Source: a virus (taxonomy: Duplodnaviria > Caudoviricetes). From it: a stretch of 38,286 bases of DNA. The notes beneath the pieces are model-generated. The model had not been told where the DNA came from, searched no databases, and was given only the letters and a program-made list of their open reading frames with translations. The stretch spans positions 1 to 38,286 of the IMG/VR virus record IMGVR_UViG_3300030433_001628; one strand, given 5' to 3'. Of this stretch, positions 34,415 through 38,286 are shown one piece after another; the first letter of the stretch is position 1; the number at the start of each line of letters is the position of its first letter. Position numbers and translations under genes: made by a program.

Positions 34415-36825
34415 TGGCAGTAGATAAAAATCTAGAGCCTTTTGAGGTTGACGTTGAGGGAAACCCAGAGGAGTCCGAACTTAAAGTTGAAATAGTAAAC
34501 CCAGATGCTGTTGCTATAGATACAGATGACGGTGGTGTGATAGTTGACTTTGAGGGCAGTGTGACCGAACAAATGATTGGTCCCGACCACAATTCTAATC
34601 TAGCAGAGTTTATAGATGATGAAGACCTAAATGAAATGGCTGCTAATTTAGTGGAGGACTTCGAATCAGACAGGACATCTAGGAAAGAATGGTCTAGGTC
34701 TTATGTAAAGGGTCTGGACCTTTTAGGCATGAAGATAGAAGAAAGAACACAACCTTGGGAGGGAGCGTCTGGAGTTTTTCACCCTCTTCTATCAGAGGCT
34801 GTGGTTCGCTTTCAGGCTCAAGCTATGGGAGAAATATTCCCTGCGTCAGGTCCAGTAAGGACTAAAATTGTAGGAAAACAAACAAAAGAAAAGAATGCAC
34901 AGGCAAAGCGTGTAGAGCATGAGATGAACTATATGCTCACAGAGAGCATGACAGAGTATCGTGATGAAATGGAGCAAATGCTTTTCCGATTGCCTTTAGC
35001 GGGCTCTGCTTTCAAAAAGGTTTACTATGATCCCATCATGGAAAGACCCTGCTCAATGTTCGTTCCTGCTGAAGACTTTGTTGTTTCATATGGGGCATCA
35101 GACCTTATGTCCTGTTCACGTTACACCCATGTGATGAAGAAAACAGAAAACCAAGTTAAAGAACTTATGGTAAATGGTTTTTACAAGGATGTAGATTTGC
35201 CAGAGCCTAGCCAAGACGAATCAGACATACAGGATAAGTATGACGAAATGGAAGGCAGTGAAGCGGTATATGATGATGATGACAGGCATACAATTTTAGA
35301 GATGCACGTTGATCTTGATATGCCAGAGCCCTATCAGGACAAAGATGGATTGGCTAGACCGTATATTGTGACAATAGAAAAATCATCAAGAACCATATTA
35401 TCTATCAGAAAAAATTGGTATGAGAATGATGAAAAGAAAATGAAGAGACCTCACTTCATACATTACAGGTATTTGCCTAGTCTGGGTTTTTATGGAACAG
35501 GTCTTATACATTTGATAGGCGGTCTTGCTAAATCAGCCACATCAATTTTAAGGCAGCTAATAGATGCTGGAACATTATCTAACTTACCTGCTGGATTAAA
35601 AGCCAGAGGGTTAAGAATAAAAGGAGATGATTCGCCTTTGATGCCTGGCGAGTTTAGGGATGTAGATGTTCCTGGTGGTGCAATACGAGACTCTATAACG
35701 TTTATACCCTACAAAGAACCTTCATCTGTATTGTATCAGCTTTTAGGAAACATAGTGGATGAGGGAAGAAAAATTGGCTCTATAGCTGATGTTCAGATAG
35801 GTAACATGAACCCCAACGCCCCAGTGGGTACAACTTTAGCTTTACTTGAGAGATCAATGAAAGTCATGTCTGGGGTCCAGTCAAGGCTTCATGCAGCGCT
35901 GAAGAAGGAATTAAGAATACTATCAAAGTGCATACATGACTATATGCCAGGATCATATGAGTATGAAACAGAAGGGGAGTTCTCAAGAACAAGAGACTTT
36001 GATGGCAGGGTAGATGTAATACCTGTATCGGACCCAAACGCCTCCACAATGGCTCAAAGAGTAACGCAATATCAATCTGCTCTGCAACTAGCACAACAAG
36101 CCCCACAGCTTTATGATATGGGAAAATTGCATAAACAAATGCTAGAAGTTCTAGGTATACAGGATGCAGATAGCATAATTAAATTACCAGAGGACATTAA
36201 ACCAAAAGACCCTGTGATAGAAAACATGGCTATAATGAAGCAAGAGCCCGTAAAGGCTTTTAAATATCAAGACCATGAAGCACATATAGCGGTACATAAG
36301 GCAGCAGCAGAAGACCCAAAGATACAACAGATTATAGGTCAATCGCCTTTTGCAGCAGCGATACAAAACGCTATGGCTGCACACATAACCGAACACGTTG
36401 CTTTCCAATATAAGAAAGAGATAGAAAAGCAGTTAGGAGTTCCAATCCCAGATGAAGAGGAGCCATTGCCAGAGGGCGTGGAAACAGAGCTTTCTAGGGT
36501 AGAAGCAGAAGCTTCATCTAAAGTTCTAACGCAAAGCCAGGCAGAGATTGCACAGCAGGAAGCAGCAGCTAAACAGCAAGACCCATTAACAATAATGCAG
36601 CAAAGAGAGATGGCTCTGAAAGAAGAAGAGTTTAAGCACAAAAAGGAAATGGACTTGGCAAAGCTTCAAGTAGAAACGAAATCAAAAGAAAAAGATCAAG
36701 AAATAGAGGTCGCTAAAGTTGCAGTTAAGGCTGTAACAGAAGAGTCTAAGAGTAAAAGACAAGACCAAAAAGCAGGTGTTGAAAGAGGTCTTGATCTAGC
36801 CAGAGAGTTTGTAGATGAGCAGTGA
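34414..36825 (+). CDS. Portal protein (podovirus type)
   Basis: 803 aa after TerL; PWEGASGVFHPLL, LPLAGSAFKKVYYD, GFYGTGLIHLIGG, APVGTTLALLE, coiled-coil C-terminal barrel. Confidence 0.85.
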   Translation: MAVDKNLEPFEVDVEGNPEESELKVEIVNPDAVAIDTDDGGVIVDFEGSVTEQMIGPDHNSNLAEFIDDEDLNEMAANLVEDFESDRTSRKEWSRSYVKGLDLLGMKIEERTQPWEGASGVFHPLLSEAVVRFQAQAMGEIFPASGPVRTKIVGKQTKEKNAQAKRVEHEMNYMLTESMTEYRDEMEQMLFRLPLAGSAFKKVYYDPIMERPCSMFVPAEDFVVSYGASDLMSCSRYTHVMKKTENQVKELMVNGFYKDVDLPEPSQDESDIQDKYDEMEGSEAVYDDDDRHTILEMHVDLDMPEPYQDKDGLARPYIVTIEKSSRTILSIRKNWYENDEKKMKRPHFIHYRYLPSLGFYGTGLIHLIGGLAKSATSILRQLIDAGTLSNLPAGLKARGLRIKGDDSPLMPGEFRDVDVPGGAIRDSITFIPYKEPSSVLYQLLGNIVDEGRKIGSIADVQIGNMNPNAPVGTTLALLERSMKVMSGVQSRLHAALKKELRILSKCIHDYMPGSYEYETEGEFSRTRDFDGRVDVIPVSDPNASTMAQRVTQYQSALQLAQQAPQLYDMGKLHKQMLEVLGIQDADSIIKLPEDIKPKDPVIENMAIMKQEPVKAFKYQDHEAHIAVHKAAAEDPKIQQIIGQSPFAAAIQNAMAAHITEHVAFQYKKEIEKQLGVPIPDEEEPLPEGVETELSRVEAEASSKVLTQSQAEIAQQEAAAKQQDPLTIMQQREMALKEEEFKHKKEMDLAKLQVETKSKEKDQEIEVAKVAVKAVTEESKSKRQDQKAGVERGLDLAREFVDEQ

Positions 36826-37006
36826 AAGCATTTATTCACCAATCCTAAAAAAAATCCTAGATTACAAAGAAGACATTAAAAATCACCTAACATCAGGTGG
36901 TGCAAAGTCTATGGAGGAATATGCAGGCATGGTTGGTGAGTACAGATGTCTCAACAAAATACATGAAGATATACTTGACATCGAAAAGAGATACATTAAT
37001 GATTAA
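36815..37006 (+). CDS. Small hypothetical protein
   Basis: ORF track; between portal and GroES. Confidence 0.7.
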   Translation: MSSESIYSPILKKILDYKEDIKNHLTSGGAKSMEEYAGMVGEYRCLNKIHEDILDIEKRYIND

Positions 37007-37076
37007 AAAAAGTTATATGTAACTTTTCGTTTTTAACGCAAGGAACTGTGATCCTTAATCACTGCATGAGGTAAAA

Positions 37077-37448
37077 ATGTATCAAGCTGTAAAAAAGGAA
37101 GAGGACCCAAAGGTCGCTTCCAAAATGCCCGAACCAAAGGGCTACAAACTCCTAATATCCCCAGTAGAAGTAAACGAGAAAACAGAGGGCGGTCTGTATA
37201 TGCCTGACCAGATAAGAGATGCTGAAGGTATTGCATCTATTATAGGCTTTGTGGTTAGCATGGGTCCTGACGCCTACAAGGACACAGATAAGTTTCCTAA
37301 CGGTCCGTACTGTAAAGTTGGTGATTTTGTGATCTTTAGATCATATTCAGGCACTCGCTTCAAAATACACACACAGGAATTTAGATTAATTAACGATGAC
37401 ACGGTTGAAGCCGTTGTCGATGACCCAAGAGGATATAAGAGAATATGA
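37077..37448 (+). CDS. groES: Co-chaperonin GroES-like protein
   Basis: EKTEGGLYMPD mobile loop, VVSMGPDAY, KVGDFVIF..YSGT..LINDDTVEAVV; GAGG SD. Confidence 0.9.
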   Translation: MYQAVKKEEDPKVASKMPEPKGYKLLISPVEVNEKTEGGLYMPDQIRDAEGIASIIGFVVSMGPDAYKDTDKFPNGPYCKVGDFVIFRSYSGTRFKIHTQEFRLINDDTVEAVVDDPRGYKRI

Positions 37449-38286
37449 ACGATACAGCAGAAAAATTAGAAGATAACATCGAACAAAGCAATGAAGTTGT
37501 GGACACAGCAGACTTTGAGGTTGAGATAGTTGACGATACTCCAGAAGAAGATCGTGTAGCTAAAAGAAAAGATGAAGTAACCCCTGAAGCGAAAGAAGTT
37601 GAAGATTCTGATGACGGTGAAGCAAAAAATTACAGTCAAAATGTTCAGAAAAGAATATCTCAGCTAAAGTATGAGTTTCATGAAGAAAGAAGAGCAAAAG
37701 AAGAAGCTGCAAGGTTAAGAGAAGAAGCTGTAAAATTTGCAGAAACTTTGAAAAAAGATAACGAGCATCTAAGAAAGACTTTAGCCGAAGGCGAGAATAT
37801 GCTCATAGATCAAGCCAAAGGCAGAGTGGGGGCAGAGCTTGAGAGAGCAAAAAAAGACTACAAAGAGGCTTATGAAAGTGGAGACCCAGATAAATTAGTA
37901 GAAGCTCAAGAGGCTTTATCTAAACTGCACAATGAAAAATTTAGGGTAGACGAATACAAACCACAGCCACAACTCGAAACACCACAGCAAAAACCAGTTC
38001 AGCCACCACCACCAAAGCTATCCCAGAGAGGAATAGACTGGCAAAAAGAGAATGATTGGTTTGATAAAGATATGAGAATGACTGGCTATGCTCTAGGTCT
38101 ACATGAAGAATTAAAAAGAAAAGGTATTGTGCCAGACAGCGAAGAGTATTATAAAGGAATAGATGAGGAAATGCGTAAAGTGTTTCCCGAAAAGTTTGAG
38201 ACTGAGCAAGAAGCACCTCAGTTACAAAATGGAACCGTGGTAGCCCCCGTTGAAAGAAGCGGAAAAAAATCACGCACAGTGCGTCT
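37445..38286 (+). CDS. Putative capsid scaffolding protein (truncated at window end; not in ORF track)
   Basis: Open frame from ATG 37445 (ATGA overlap): MNDTAEKLED..VEIVDDTPEEDR..YSQNVQKRISQL..AYESGD..NDWF..SEEYY; acidic coiled coil; position after portal/GroES. Confidence 0.75.
   Translation, partial: MNDTAEKLEDNIEQSNEVVDTADFEVEIVDDTPEEDRVAKRKDEVTPEAKEVEDSDDGEAKNYSQNVQKRISQLKYEFHEERRAKEEAARLREEAVKFAETLKKDNEHLRKTLAEGENMLIDQAKGRVGAELERAKKDYKEAYESGDPDKLVEAQEALSKLHNEKFRVDEYKPQPQLETPQQKPVQPPPPKLSQRGIDWQKENDWFDKDMRMTGYALGLHEELKRKGIVPDSEEYYKGIDEEMRKVFPEKFETEQEAPQLQNGTVVAPVERSGKKSRTVR

Noticed and set aside
31187-38273. Minus-strand ORFs in the head module (33175..33519, 33745..34062, 36339..36641, 37941..38273 and others)
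   Set aside because: Antisense to TerL, the repeat protein, portal and scaffold; the PPP/FFF repeats simply mirror GGG/KKK codons
1-38286. Stop-codon recoding, tRNA genes, integrase/att site, introns/inteins
   Set aside because: Standard code gives dense intact genes; no cloverleaf, recombinase motif or interrupted TerL/helicase seen

Overview
About 38 kb of a low-GC tailed dsDNA phage genome (Caudoviricetes, podovirus-like gene content, resembling marine uncultured phages; exact taxon and host not determinable from sequence alone). Layout: (1) 1-16037 (+): small Lys/Arg-rich proteins, holin, GH108 lysozyme, putative ejection/internal virion proteins and a 3195-aa polyvalent protein. (2) 16040-21970: recombination/replication module (ERF-like annealing protein, SSB-like protein, PD-(D/E)XK nuclease, RusA-like resolvase, Twinkle/T7-gp4-like primase-helicase). 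(3) 21971-22506: RNA-structure-rich intergenic region. (4) 22507-28606 (-): putative early/host-takeover operon with an AAA+ ATPase plus HExxH-vWA pair and stereotyped structured spacers. (5) 28607-29493: divergent control region with IHF-like sites. (6) 29494-38286 (mostly +): packaging/head module (TerS, HNH, TerL, portal, GroES, scaffold truncated by the window end). No tRNA, CRISPR array, integrase or DNA polymerase was seen. Main unexplained signals: a short [M/Y/L/K]-x-x-G-G tag shared by unrelated virion-region proteins; a window-wide AAAGTTA-N4/5-TAACTTT palindrome whose spacer length tracks genome region; and two candidate RNAs at 22.1-22.5 kb carrying sequence complementary to the shared RBS of the early genes.
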